From Naegleria gruberi (taxonomy: Eukaryota): DNA of 64,000 nucleotides. The notes under the pieces were generated by a model. The model was not told the DNA's origin and did no database searches. It was given only the letters and a program-made list of their open reading frames with translations. The translations under genes were made by a program, and so were the position numbers. Of this stretch, positions 30,201 to 40,138 are shown one piece after another. Position 1 is the first letter of the stretch. Each line of letters opens with the position of its first letter. Where the stretch lies: the NCBI GenBank assembly GCA_000004985.1, contig GG738845.1; one strand, given 5' to 3'.

Positions 30201-32462
30201 TCATGCTCATATATTGGAACACAAGACCAATATATTACAAGATCACTTTCACTCTATGTTCCTTCCCTTGTTGTTGGAATGAGCGATATGGAAATGCCAA
30301 TGGAAGTAAGTGGTGCTGCACTTGTTGGCATTGGTTTATTATATATGGGAAGTGGTCATAGATTTATGACTGAAGTACTATTGGGCGAATTGGCAAGACC
30401 ACCAAACGATAATTCCACCAATTCAAGAGAAAGTTATTCACTTTCAGCAGGTTTTGCACTTGGATATGTCCACTTGGCCAAGGGTGCCAATGGAAGCAGT
30501 CATGAACTCAAAATGGATCAAAGACTTCTTTCCTACATGACTGGAGGAAGTAAACGACCAGAGTTTGACACATTTGCAATGATGGCATCCAAATCAAAGT
30601 CTCAAATGATACAAAAAGGAGGAAAAGGTCAAAATACTAGTGAGTTTGTTAACACCTCTTGTTCAAGAATTAAGGAAAATGAAAAGTTTGTCAATGTGGA
30701 TGTGACTGGACAAGGTGCTTGTATTGCTTTAACTTTGAAATACTTGAAAACACACGACCTTACAATTGCCTCTGAAATGAAAGTTCCAGACACCAAATAC
30801 ATGTTGGACTATGTCAGACCAGATATGATCATTTTGAGAATCGTTGGATCGTCTCTAATTATGTGGGATCATATTAAGAATACTGATGAATGGATCAAAT
30901 CCAAACTTCCAGGTGTACTGAATAATACTGCACCAATATCTATTGTTGAGAGCAGTGAACTCTCAAAGATATATGCCTATTCTGTTAGTGGATGTTGTAT
31001 GGCAATTGGATTGAAATATGCTGGATCCCACGACACGAAAGCATACAATCTCTTACTTGGACTGTTACAACAAGTCATCAAATCAAAACTCAAAATATTC
31101 TTGAATAATGAACAAATGCAAATACCATACTCTGTCAATCTAGACAAATACACAACTGATAGAGCTACAACTGTTATTCTATTGAGTATTTGTTGTGTGA
31201 TGGCTGGCAGTGGTAACATTGAAGTTATACGTATCATCAAATCATTAAGACAGAAATATGTAGCATCACCAGCTACTCAACAGGGAGGATATGGCATACA
31301 TATGGCTTTGTCTATGTCTTTGGGTTTACTCTTCTTGGGAGGTGGACGTTGTTCACTGAGTACAAATGATAGATCTATTGCTGCTCTTCTTTGTTCTATT
31401 TACCCAATTTTCCCTCAAACTACAACTGACAATAGATACCATTCACAAGCCCTTAGACACATGTATATTCTTTCCACAGAAAATAGACTTATAGAAACTG
31501 TCGATATTGACACCAAAGAAAGATGTCACGTACCAATTCAAATAGAAACTACTCATGGCGATGTTCTACACAAACTTTCTCCTTGTTTGATTCCAGAGGC
31601 TCATCTTCTTAAAAAGATTACAACCATGAATGAGAGGTACTATCCTCTAACTATTAGTGAATTCCCACTTAAGAGCCATATTATTAATGTAAAGAAGAAA
31701 TCAGGATATTTGACTTACAAGGATGATCCTAAAGGAATAAGATCAACTGTACATTCTAACTTTATATCAAACCTGGTTGATCAAGATCCTGAATCTCTTG
31801 TTAAATTATTCGAAAAAATGTCCTATCACACTCATATTGGACCATATGTGAAATATAGAATCTTTACTCAGAATAACATCTCATCGGATGATAGAAATAT
31901 TGCCAACGCCATCAATTCCCTCTCACTTAATGAGCATACCTATGGAAATGTTGCCCTCATGCTCTATCACGCTCTAACTGAGTCGCTGACAAATGATTGC
32001 CCAGATGTTTTGTACCTATTTGAGTGTATCCTTAATTCTCTAAAGATCATCACAGACTCTAAGAATTGCACTCTTTCCAAATCAATTTATACCTCATGTT
32101 TTAAACAACTGTTCTCGTACTATAGTTCGAGGGATCATTTATTACAATCGAGAAATTCTACAATTGAACCAATCAAGCCCCTTATTTCTATTCACTTTAT
32201 AGAATGCGTAAAATCGTATTTGGATAATTATTTCTCTTCACTTTCAATAGATTGGACAAAATTGTCAAACAAGGAACTAGGATTGGGAGCCTATTGCTTA
32301 TTCTACAACCTTCCTTACCTTCACCTCTTGAAAGATTGTATCAAACAAAATCAAAAAGTCATGAACAGAGAGGCCCTTATTATTTACCTTCTTTCAATCC
32401 TTTCTCATTCCTCCATCACTCTCCCACACATTGAAAATATTATTTCATACTTGTCATCATAA
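27267..32462 (+). CDS. Anaphase-promoting complex subunit 1 (APC1).
   Basis: A 1730-aa protein with PC repeats: 'HAGLLLALGLQGHL', 'IGILLGLSCSYIGT', 'GAALVGIGLLYMGSGH' and 'SAGFALGYVHLAKG'. Confidence 0.6.
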   Translation: MKNHHHNPVLTLINKEPLSLSNSKYTLTKIFTFINKGREERIVIQIPTELNNKELEPPQVIWYYGSSDALRVHRKYKFSSHQHHPNIPIIPNDVCLCTFSSNEKMLCILLDNSRIEIYGESGRSFIVSLPCKMSKIWSLNDEYLLVERKIVNPDPSSTIPIIYYLTHPLEDLKALASVVDNQSNDMEDDILMTEPIYDYLKSEEEVIAYIFLNLFMITFNTNTKILSIYSIMEEGFVQRIPYADNNDFSDYLKCNLETVQISIFPQNNFGTEYTLFLINNNSLFAFTIFRNDLEEAFILKPKFFKEGVVSISEFNYPLANETLFNGNIEGFLHLMILAENSNYSLILVLDGEFIMWEQALDSQYSKIEHLVDNRLSLKTADYSLRYRLDICPNSKLVQDCLSVFQSVLTKDLFSSIFYDFQTSRIGNANDWDIFINLLNYLTFGVEPNSPTTQESDPWKLMELIHTKNSATSSQIFNTSKLRTNKQVLIQNLPLILISIHLLYENYKLHTSEWNNVETLVRYLFNLSNKLKWKAFSEVYQRDFNYTLTLTVPSNPVDIEFPVVEKIKFLNNYYTTGIIAPTILGWIEEIFINKSLNVDLMYPSITNCSATSLSRKICRFFSLLVTNKEDLYNVESNNNSVSMDINGLQTGLLDLPPHERVAIALLQEGFSSVDGLSFLPFSVSLPIREALVQCRNSIQPVTRTPEYCKLIEREDLAVNNQAQSESEVLLDGNQIVSEFTKTLGTGVPSIASNQDSEDDIGHMIWSEDRRLEQVSKMLDSSIPTQIQKHTLQLSEDDLDGFDPNDAPELQRKILLNMKQQVLSFCIGRGMLSIASKKNNNSGSVSNDTTSNILTIPPIVLSSKLKRNRAIMTIDVSKIVPENEISASCSTQWAEFHNGVASGLTIGRDSKITKEWIMFHKPNKRAGQFMNKTSNDSVSHAGLLLALGLQGHLTCLGPTDIYGYLQQRHEATTIGILLGLSCSYIGTQDQYITRSLSLYVPSLVVGMSDMEMPMEVSGAALVGIGLLYMGSGHRFMTEVLLGELARPPNDNSTNSRESYSLSAGFALGYVHLAKGANGSSHELKMDQRLLSYMTGGSKRPEFDTFAMMASKSKSQMIQKGGKGQNTSEFVNTSCSRIKENEKFVNVDVTGQGACIALTLKYLKTHDLTIASEMKVPDTKYMLDYVRPDMIILRIVGSSLIMWDHIKNTDEWIKSKLPGVLNNTAPISIVESSELSKIYAYSVSGCCMAIGLKYAGSHDTKAYNLLLGLLQQVIKSKLKIFLNNEQMQIPYSVNLDKYTTDRATTVILLSICCVMAGSGNIEVIRIIKSLRQKYVASPATQQGGYGIHMALSMSLGLLFLGGGRCSLSTNDRSIAALLCSIYPIFPQTTTDNRYHSQALRHMYILSTENRLIETVDIDTKERCHVPIQIETTHGDVLHKLSPCLIPEAHLLKKITTMNERYYPLTISEFPLKSHIINVKKKSGYLTYKDDPKGIRSTVHSNFISNLVDQDPESLVKLFEKMSYHTHIGPYVKYRIFTQNNISSDDRNIANAINSLSLNEHTYGNVALMLYHALTESLTNDCPDVLYLFECILNSLKIITDSKNCTLSKSIYTSCFKQLFSYYSSRDHLLQSRNSTIEPIKPLISIHFIECVKSYLDNYFSSLSIDWTKLSNKELGLGAYCLFYNLPYLHLLKDCIKQNQKVMNREALIIYLLSILSHSSITLPHIENIISYLSS

Positions 32463-32936
32463 TGTTTATTTTGTTGCTAAGGAGGAATAAATAGTACTAG
32501 AAATTAATATAAGAATAACTTTAATGATTCAGATAGAATGTTAATTGCTTTTTTTCAATTAGTCACCTTTTTATAACATCCTTTTTACCAAAATCATACT
32601 AAAACAAATATGAAAATGTTGGATTCTTTTAAGGACATGGAGATGCAGGGTGTCACCAACACTGTAACAGTTTGCAAAATAAATCATCTTAAAAAAACTG
32701 TTCGTTTCAAAAAGACCTCTCAATTTCTTCTACAATCCGATTAACCTCAATAACACAATAAAACAACAACAGAAAGTAATCTTTAATAGTATATTAAATC
32801 AACACAAGAAGGAATAGTTTCAACAGGCATTGGCAATATAGAAATAGTTACTCTCAAAAACACAAAAGGAATCAAATTACTTATCAAAATATCATCATCA
32901 ATTAATTAAGCAAAAGCTCATCAAATAATACAAAAT

Positions 32937-33158
32937 ATGGAAACTCAACAAATGACTCCTGAGGTTTACCTCTCACTCTCAAGAAGAAGATGCTCCACAG
33001 TACATGCTCTTCCACAAGATCCACAATTAGGTGAAGCTATGTTTACCTCATTCACATTTCCTCCAAGAAAACCAGGTCATGATGTGGTTGATGAGGTCTT
33101 AGAGGAGATGGAAGAGATGAATCTCAATGAAGAAGAACAAGACTCGACGGATCAATAA
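32937..33158 (+). CDS. Small acidic hypothetical protein of 73 aa.
   Basis: It is the only ORF in a 1.1-kb gap. It has an acidic C-terminus and no recognisable family. Confidence 0.25.
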   Translation: METQQMTPEVYLSLSRRRCSTVHALPQDPQLGEAMFTSFTFPPRKPGHDVVDEVLEEMEEMNLNEEEQDSTDQ

Positions 33159-33516
33159 GTTTTGTTCCATCATTTAAGAAGTGATAATCATCACCACTAT
33201 ATTTATCATCAATGTAAACGAGGTAAAATATGTACAAAGACTTTCTCAAGCAAAAAGAAAACAAGAGTTTCTTGTTATCAGAATTGGGTTTAAAAACCCT
33301 TGTCAAAATATTTCGTTTATGCCTTCCTCATCCTTGATTCAATCCCTAGTACTTTAACTTAATTTATTATTACTCTTTATATATTATAATATTAATAAAT
33401 TTATTAATATTTGCTTTCAAAAAGCTCACATTTGCAGTATTCAAACATATTCAAATTTCGTTTTGATTTGAATTTATTGAAATCTAATATCGATTACCCT
33501 AAACTTGACCATAAAA

Positions 33517-33533
33517 ATTTTGGCGCCAAAAAA
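33517..33533. promoter_or_regulatory. E2F/DP-like site TTTTGGCGCCAAAAAAG.
   Basis: It lies 32 bp upstream of the ATG of the BUB1-like gene. Confidence 0.45.
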
Positions 33534-33564
33534 GTTGTTAAAATGAAAATTTAAAATAAAAAAA

Positions 33565-36099
33565 ATGAGTTCTCAACTGCACTTGAAACGTCAACAAAAA
33601 CAAATTCAAGATGCAATCGATAAATACTACTCTGGAATATCTAATGACAATGCTATGGATATAAAAAAGGATACACAATTATTATCTGGTCTTGTTGGAT
33701 ATCTTTCCGGATTTCAAGAGAGTGATTTGGCCTTTGAAACAAGAGGTGATGTCATTGAGAGATTTTTCGAAAAGTATTATAACAGTTTTATGAATGGTGG
33801 TAATTATCCACCTGAATTATATTCCGATAAAACAATTTGGGATTTGTGGCTTTTATATGCAGAGGCTCATACCAATGATCCTATTCCACACATTCAAACT
33901 CTACTTGAATTTGCTCCTAAATATCCAAAGTTATTTGAGGTCTGGGCCACTTGGTCGAGAAGAACAGGACGTATTGATGATGAATTAACAGCATATGAGG
34001 AGGCTGAAACGAGAGGTGTTGTATCCGAATTGTTATCGAGCATGAAACAAGACAGATCCGAATATTTCCAACCTCCACCATCACAACAACAAACAATTCC
34101 TGAACCTAAGATTAAAACCACCACCACCGTAACTAATACTGTAATCAAACAACCTGTTGCACATCAATCTGTGGAAACATTGGTTAACAATCCAAGACCA
34201 CCTTCACCAACCCCACAAAATTATTTGATTGGATATGACAAGAATCTAATCTTTACTCCAGGTGCAGAGTTTACTTTTGAGGAATTGAGAGCAATGCACT
34301 ATTTAAATACCACTGATTTAATGATTAATCACAAACAAACAATACCTAGTTCATCATCAATTTCACACAACCAATCTTTAATTGAACAACCTAAGCATCA
34401 TGATTCCTCTATTCTTATGAATAAGAATTTTGAAAAACCATCAAGCAAACCTCAACAAAAAGACGACGACTTTGAATTTGATTTTTCAAGTGATATTACC
34501 ACAGTACATGCAAGAAAATCAATGGCTGCAACTCCTACTTCTTACGCTCAACATACTATTGCCAGCTTTTTTGAGGGAACCATTGATACTGAAATTGAAA
34601 ACAATTACTTTGAACAACGAAAGTTCCGTAAAGTGCAAGAACAAGAGAAAAAGAGAAAACTTGATGAAATTTCACAATCAACAAATAATAATTTTGCCAT
34701 ACATGAAGATACAACAGCTGAAATTAAGAAATCTAGGCTGACAGCTCAACCATCCAGTAGTACCTTTAAAATACCATCTCAGACATCTTCTGGCTTTCAA
34801 AATACAAGTCTTCAACAAGAACGTTCATTCTCTCAAAGAAATAGATCCCTAAGTGCATTCCATCAGTTTAATGATACAGGAGATGAATCAGGTCTCTATT
34901 TTGGAGATGAATCTAACATTTCAAAAACTTTCATTGTTGATAGACAGCAAGAAAGTGCGATATCATTGGAAGGAATATCAGCCCTTATTTCAAAATACAC
35001 AAATAATGGAGTAATCAATCCGTACATGGAAGATATACGAAAAGTGTATACTAATATTGTTAACATAACTAATTGCTTTAAAGACAGTCGTATTACTGAC
35101 TGTAAAGGAGTTGAATCTATAGATTTAAAAACTATTCTGCTGGAGCTAAGTAAAAAGAAGAAAGGTATCGACTATAATACTCAAACATTAAGCTTGAAGT
35201 TGAGTACAAAGACATACCTTGCCGAAGAAGCACTATCTGAACATGTGATCAAAATACAGGATGTAAGAAGTAACAATGGAATTAATACCAAATCATTTGC
35301 CTTGAAATTTAAGCCACCAAATGATTTCTATGAGTACTATGTGATCGATCAGCTGTATAGAAGAATACCAGAGAAGGAAAATCATAGATTCCCAAATATT
35401 CAAAGAGTTTATGTTATGGATAATGATATTCTATTGATGGAAAACCTTGTAAATAACATTACTCTCACACAGGCAATATCACAAGCAAAAATTGAGGAAA
35501 CAATTGCTTTGTACTATACTTTAGAACTTCTCAATATTTTGCAAACTCTGCATAATAAGGCAAACATTACACACAATAATATTTCTCCATCTAATTTATT
35601 GCTTTTAAATGAAGATACTGATCTATCTGATTGGAGTATAGATGGAAAGGGTTGGAGTAATAAGGGTCTACTGCTCACCAACTTTTCCAGGTCTATTGAT
35701 TTAGAACTATTTCCAAACCGTGTTGTTTTCCAAAGTGAACCCAAAACATTACCAGAAGTTTTCAAATCATCAATACAATATCCAAACAAGTGGAAATATG
35801 CATCAGATACTTGGAGTGTTTGTAACATCATCCACCAAATGCTTTTTAAGAAGGACATGGAGGTAACAACGAACGCTCAAGACAAGTATCTAATTAAGGA
35901 ATCCATAAGGAGATTCTGGAAATTTAGAGATGTTTGGCAAACCATTTTCGATACTTTACTAAATCTTGACCAGACAAAGAGTCCAGATTATTACCAATTA
36001 ATAGAAATGTGTCAACAGGCGTTAGGAACAAATGGAGACACAGTTAAAGCTCTTTTCTTGAGATTCATTGTCTCACTTTCTACTCAATTAAAACACTAA
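33565..36099 (+). CDS. BUB1/Mad3(BubR1)-like spindle-checkpoint protein with a degenerate C-terminal kinase-like domain.
   Basis: The N-terminal Mad3/BUB1 homology region 'LYSDKTIWDLWLLYAEAH...LFEVWATWSRRTGRIDDELTAYEEAETRGV' matches the 'YSDPRFLNLWL...FYISWA' pattern. The C-terminal kinase-like region carries 'HNNISPSNLLL' in place of HRDLKPEN, so it is probably a pseudokinase. Confidence 0.5.
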   Translation: MSSQLHLKRQQKQIQDAIDKYYSGISNDNAMDIKKDTQLLSGLVGYLSGFQESDLAFETRGDVIERFFEKYYNSFMNGGNYPPELYSDKTIWDLWLLYAEAHTNDPIPHIQTLLEFAPKYPKLFEVWATWSRRTGRIDDELTAYEEAETRGVVSELLSSMKQDRSEYFQPPPSQQQTIPEPKIKTTTTVTNTVIKQPVAHQSVETLVNNPRPPSPTPQNYLIGYDKNLIFTPGAEFTFEELRAMHYLNTTDLMINHKQTIPSSSSISHNQSLIEQPKHHDSSILMNKNFEKPSSKPQQKDDDFEFDFSSDITTVHARKSMAATPTSYAQHTIASFFEGTIDTEIENNYFEQRKFRKVQEQEKKRKLDEISQSTNNNFAIHEDTTAEIKKSRLTAQPSSSTFKIPSQTSSGFQNTSLQQERSFSQRNRSLSAFHQFNDTGDESGLYFGDESNISKTFIVDRQQESAISLEGISALISKYTNNGVINPYMEDIRKVYTNIVNITNCFKDSRITDCKGVESIDLKTILLELSKKKKGIDYNTQTLSLKLSTKTYLAEEALSEHVIKIQDVRSNNGINTKSFALKFKPPNDFYEYYVIDQLYRRIPEKENHRFPNIQRVYVMDNDILLMENLVNNITLTQAISQAKIEETIALYYTLELLNILQTLHNKANITHNNISPSNLLLLNEDTDLSDWSIDGKGWSNKGLLLTNFSRSIDLELFPNRVVFQSEPKTLPEVFKSSIQYPNKWKYASDTWSVCNIIHQMLFKKDMEVTTNAQDKYLIKESIRRFWKFRDVWQTIFDTLLNLDQTKSPDYYQLIEMCQQALGTNGDTVKALFLRFIVSLSTQLKH

Positions 36100-36254
36100 T
36101 GTACAAATTAACTTAATTTATTAAAATATAAAGTTATCTAAACTTTTTTACCTTCCTTTAGCTGTTGTTAGTATTTAATTTGTGCAGATTATTAACTGAA
36201 AAGTTTGCCAATCTGATATTCTAAACACGGTTGATTTTCACCCACTTTTCTAGC

Positions 36255-37499
36255 TCAATTGAATATTTCCCAAATACCTCTTAAAGTCTTGTGATGAACA
36301 GCATAGGGTATTTCTAATCCTCCTCTCAATAATTTGAGTACATCAATTCCCATCATCATACCCACCATTCCTGAAATTTCTCCCAAAAGACCTTCAATGC
36401 TAGAGGTTAACACTTCTGTAATTCTGTTCTCATTGAGAGAGGAGTAAGCAAACGAAATGACAACTACATCTTTTTCAACCTCAGTCAATTTGACGATAGA
36501 GAGTTTTGATTCCCACCGAACTGAAACAAGAGACGGATCTTCAATTGTTGGCTTCAATCGAGTAGTGACATATTTTGTAAGGACGAAATAATTATCAACC
36601 TTGGAGATTGCAAAATTTGTTTCTGCAAACACTGGTGGGACTGTACCAGGTTCGTGGAAAGAAACTTGCAACCCGAATCTAGCATCTCGTTCCACTGGAG
36701 CTAGTGGTACTCTAAAGAATAAACTAATGGTGCCTCCATAACCAGTTGCATTGGCTGCCAATAGGTTCTGAGTATCATTATTAAATACTACAATTTCCAA
36801 AATGAAAATAATGGTTAGCTTTTCATTGATTCAACCAAACCTACCGTAACAAGTAAAATATTGGCCATTTTGTTCAATCTCTGTTATGGTGTGAGGAAGT
36901 TCAAACTGCTCAATAGTTCCATACTCTTGATTGACTGTTGTTGAATACATTAGTGTAAGATTACAATAATCACAATCCAAAGCAGCATTCCAATTACAAA
37001 CCGTAATAGCAGGATAGTAGAGAGGTAAAGACTCCACATACGCCAATGAGGTTGTTGGATTACCCAAAGAAGTGACATAATTACTAATGGAATTACTGAT
37101 ATACCAAGCTACAAACACAATGACCATAATCCATGCCACAAATGTAATGGCTTCTCCTATTGTAAAATTGAATCTTAATCTTCCTTTTTTTGCCTTTACA
37201 ACCACCAGATCTTCATCCTTTTCCATCTCTACTGGTTTCTTATCATTCTGTAAAGGTATGTGAATAGGAGAAGCATTCTCTTTAAATTCACCACTCGAAT
37301 CAGCTAATTGCAATCCAGAAACTATTGAAATAGAGAGTGGTATTTGTGTTTTCGTCTCATATTCCGATAAGCTCTGTTGCTTAATCAATGGTGACTCACT
37401 ATTTACACTACTAGCTGTTGAAAATTCCCTACTATTTTGTCTTCCGTTTATTGTTGATGATGAGAGAGTGGAGAGATTCCCCCTACTTTGTTCATTCAT
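36255..37499 (-). CDS. Two-TM membrane protein, a candidate ENaC/degenerin-like channel. Two exons: 37499..36845 and 36787..36255.
   Basis: TM1 is 'FVAWIMVIVFVAWYI', followed by a post-TM1 'LPLYYPAITVCNWN' motif (compare ENaC 'FPAVTIC'). A 'GLQVSFHEPGTVPP' palm-like segment precedes TM2, which is Gly-rich: 'GLLGEISGMVGMMMGIDVL'. The intron (+ coordinates 36788..36844) has donor GTAGGT and acceptor TTGTAG, and phase checks. Confidence 0.4.
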
Positions 37500-37544
37500 T
37501 TTTTTCTGTTTAAAAATGGCTATGATTCAAAAAATTCGTAAAAC

Positions 37545-37556
37545 TTTTGGCGGAAC
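37545..37556. promoter_or_regulatory. E2F-like site TTTTGGCGGAAC.
   Basis: It lies 46 bp upstream (higher coordinates) of the ATG at 37499 of the minus-strand channel-like gene. Confidence 0.35.
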
Positions 37557-37702
37557 AACTTTTTGGAAGTTCATCTCTGCAACTCTTAATGTTCCAATGA
37601 TGGATTTTGAATCATTGTGATGTTGAGGATCTTTATTGTAATAACAATGAGATCTAGTGAAAATTTAAACCTAATACAGTTGATTGAGATAATCTTACTA
37701 AT

Positions 37703-38545
37703 TTATACAAGTTTTGAAATGTTTTTGTGTAAATTGTCTTCCGAGAAGGATGAGATGAGAGAACAGTTGAATTCATCATAATTAATAACTCTATTTGTTT
37801 GGCCCATTAACATGAGCAAGTCGCCATTCCTTATAACACTCTCCTTAATGATGGTTTTTCCATCATAGTCATACTTAAGATTTGAATCATTACACAGTAC
37901 TTTCATATGATTGACTCGAGCAAAATCTTGAAGTGAATCAAGGAGAGGACTTAACTCTCTCGAATGTAGATAAAGAGTTCGTTCTCTTTGCAAGATGGTC
38001 AGTAATTCGTCCTTTTGGAGTGCTTTCAGTTCTCCACCATTGAGTAGACGATCCGATAGATCAATTTGTATCAGTTCTCGAGTGGAATTATCTCTCAAAT
38101 CTCTTTGGAAAATGAAATCCAATGGCTTTTTGAAAAGTAAATATTCCACCAATACTTGATTGGAAAACATGGATTCCTTCTCAACACGATAATGAAGAGC
38201 AACAATGTCTCTATCACTCCTACTACTTGTTGGTTGCTTCATTTCTTTCAAATTGGGAGCACAGAATTGTGGCTTTTCCAGTATGATATCATTATCTAAA
38301 CTTGATGTCTTGATGAATCCATATATCTTGGTCTTTCTTCCATCGAGTAAAAGCTCATCCCGTGGCAGCGTTTTATATTCATCCTTTATTTGAGTGAGAA
38401 GTTGATCTACATATCGTGATCGGAAGAGTGAAAAATTTCTTGTTGAGTTATGACGACCATGAAATATTATGGATGACGATGATGATCCATGTAAGATGTT
38501 GTATTTAATAATTAAATTGTTGCTTCCAGTTGTTAGTCTTTTCAT
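37703..38545 (-). CDS. Hypothetical protein.
   Basis: A 280-aa ORF with an A-run ATG. It is divergent from the F-box gene and the two share an E2F-like site. Confidence 0.45.
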   Translation of the reverse strand: MKRLTTGSNNLIIKYNILHGSSSSSIIFHGRHNSTRNFSLFRSRYVDQLLTQIKDEYKTLPRDELLLDGRKTKIYGFIKTSSLDNDIILEKPQFCAPNLKEMKQPTSSRSDRDIVALHYRVEKESMFSNQVLVEYLLFKKPLDFIFQRDLRDNSTRELIQIDLSDRLLNGGELKALQKDELLTILQRERTLYLHSRELSPLLDSLQDFARVNHMKVLCNDSNLKYDYDGKTIIKESVIRNGDLLMLMGQTNRVINYDEFNCSLISSFSEDNLHKNISKLV

Positions 38546-38600
38546 TTTTTTGAATTTGATTTATTTCATTCTAAATATTTTTTAAAACTCAACGATTTGT

Positions 38601-38613
38601 ATTGGCGCCAAAC
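38601..38613. promoter_or_regulatory. E2F/DP-like site ATTGGCGCCAAAC in a divergent promoter.
   Basis: It lies between the ATGs at 38545 (minus strand) and 38769 (plus strand). Confidence 0.45.
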
Positions 38614-38768
38614 ATGAGTTCAAGTGTTATAGGCAGCAATTTCAACTACATTCATGTTGCAATGGCCAATATAAATTTAAGAAAACCTAATTTAAATATT
38701 GATAATGATTTAGGGGAATGTCCAAATGTTCTTAATGTTCTCTAAGGTTGGAGTTTTTTAAAAAAAAA

Positions 38769-39911
38769 ATGCTTACAAATCTCCCTCAAGAAATTCATCA
38801 CGAAATTTTCACCTATCTAGACTATGTGGGTGAATTGTGTCGATATAAGAAACTCATGATTCCTCGATTTAATCTCTCGGAGTGGACAAGAGAGGAATTT
38901 GAGAGTAAAATTATGGATTCTAATGATGAAATTTGCACCGATCAACTCGATGTTAACTTTGATAAGAAACCACTCTTTTTAACTTGTAAGGCATTCTACC
39001 ATTCCGTACAGAGTTTTAAACCACTCTCTTTACATTTTAAAATTTTAGGAAGAAGTCAGAGTCCAAAACATGAATTTGATTTTTATAAATCGTTTTTGAT
39101 ATCTTTGTTTTCAAGTCATGATGATAAGAAACCTAAGAAGACTAATAGAGGTGATTATTCAGAGATGATATATGAATTTATTCAGAATATTGAAAAATTC
39201 ACAAATTCATCTTTTACCTTTGAAAATGTTGAACATGTAGAATTTTGGAGCAGTGAATTGAAATTCTTTTCAAATTGCGATTTAAGCAAATTGATTTTGA
39301 GTAATTTTTACAATGTAAAAGTTGTAAATGTTAACTTTAGCGGAAATTACAGTAAAACTTTGCATTTTAGAGTTATAGAATGTCAAAGATTGAACAAATC
39401 ATTTGTTGGACCTAAAATACACTCTAATTTCAATAGTACAAGAATTAATGTGGACGATTTAGATAGAATCTTCTCTCCAGGCTATATTTTGAATATAGAG
39501 GCGTACTTATTGAGTGCTATTGAAACAAACTTTCAAATAGTATTCGATTACATATTGAGTAGATATAGGATTGACATTGAATATTTCATTTATCTGTGTA
39601 ATGTACAACCGAATTTTCTGTTTGGTGAAGACAAGAGTTTAGAATCAGTTTTGCAAATGCTACAAAAACTTCATAACAAGTATCCAAAATTTAAATTGTT
39701 TCACTTGCCAATTTATTCAGTGAATTATTTCAAATTGCTTCCAAGGTATTCATTTGTGGATTTGGATTTATCAAGAAATTTATCATTGAAGTTTGTTAAA
39801 ACAATTTGGAGCAACCCTCAATTGAAAGAAATGACCATTACAAGGAGTGGAAATGACCTTTCGGATTGGGGAGAGTTAATTAATTCGCTAGAATTCAATC
39901 GTGGTTGTTGA
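38769..39911 (+). CDS. F-box-like protein, otherwise hypothetical.
   Basis: The N-terminus reads 'MLTNLPQEIHHEIFTYLDYVGELCRY', and the ATG has an A-run context. Confidence 0.5.
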   Translation: MLTNLPQEIHHEIFTYLDYVGELCRYKKLMIPRFNLSEWTREEFESKIMDSNDEICTDQLDVNFDKKPLFLTCKAFYHSVQSFKPLSLHFKILGRSQSPKHEFDFYKSFLISLFSSHDDKKPKKTNRGDYSEMIYEFIQNIEKFTNSSFTFENVEHVEFWSSELKFFSNCDLSKLILSNFYNVKVVNVNFSGNYSKTLHFRVIECQRLNKSFVGPKIHSNFNSTRINVDDLDRIFSPGYILNIEAYLLSAIETNFQIVFDYILSRYRIDIEYFIYLCNVQPNFLFGEDKSLESVLQMLQKLHNKYPKFKLFHLPIYSVNYFKLLPRYSFVDLDLSRNLSLKFVKTIWSNPQLKEMTITRSGNDLSDWGELINSLEFNRGC

Positions 39912-40046
39912 AACTTGGTTTGTTATTAAATAAACGTTTCAGAGATTTTCATTTCCCTTTTCTTCCATGTCACATTTTACTTCTTTCCCGCGTTAAAAAT
40001 CATCTCTCCTTTCTTTATAATAACATGCTTAGAGGTCATCAATAGA

Positions 40047-40138
40047 TGGTGAGTTGGTCGAGTGGTCTAAGACGACACGTTAAGGTATGATTAATACCGT
40101 GTTCCGCAAGGGCGTGGGTTCAAATCCCACACTCATCA
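40047..40138 (+). tRNA. tRNA-Leu(AAG) with an 11-nt intron, roughly 40084..40094, after position 37.
   Basis: The acceptor stem is GGTGAGT/ACTCATC. The D-arm GTCGAGTGGTCTAAGAC is characteristic of Leu. The anticodon stem ACACG/CGTGT flanks the loop TTAAGG plus the intron. A long variable arm and the T-arm GTGGGTTCAAATCCCAC complete the cloverleaf. Confidence 0.75.
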
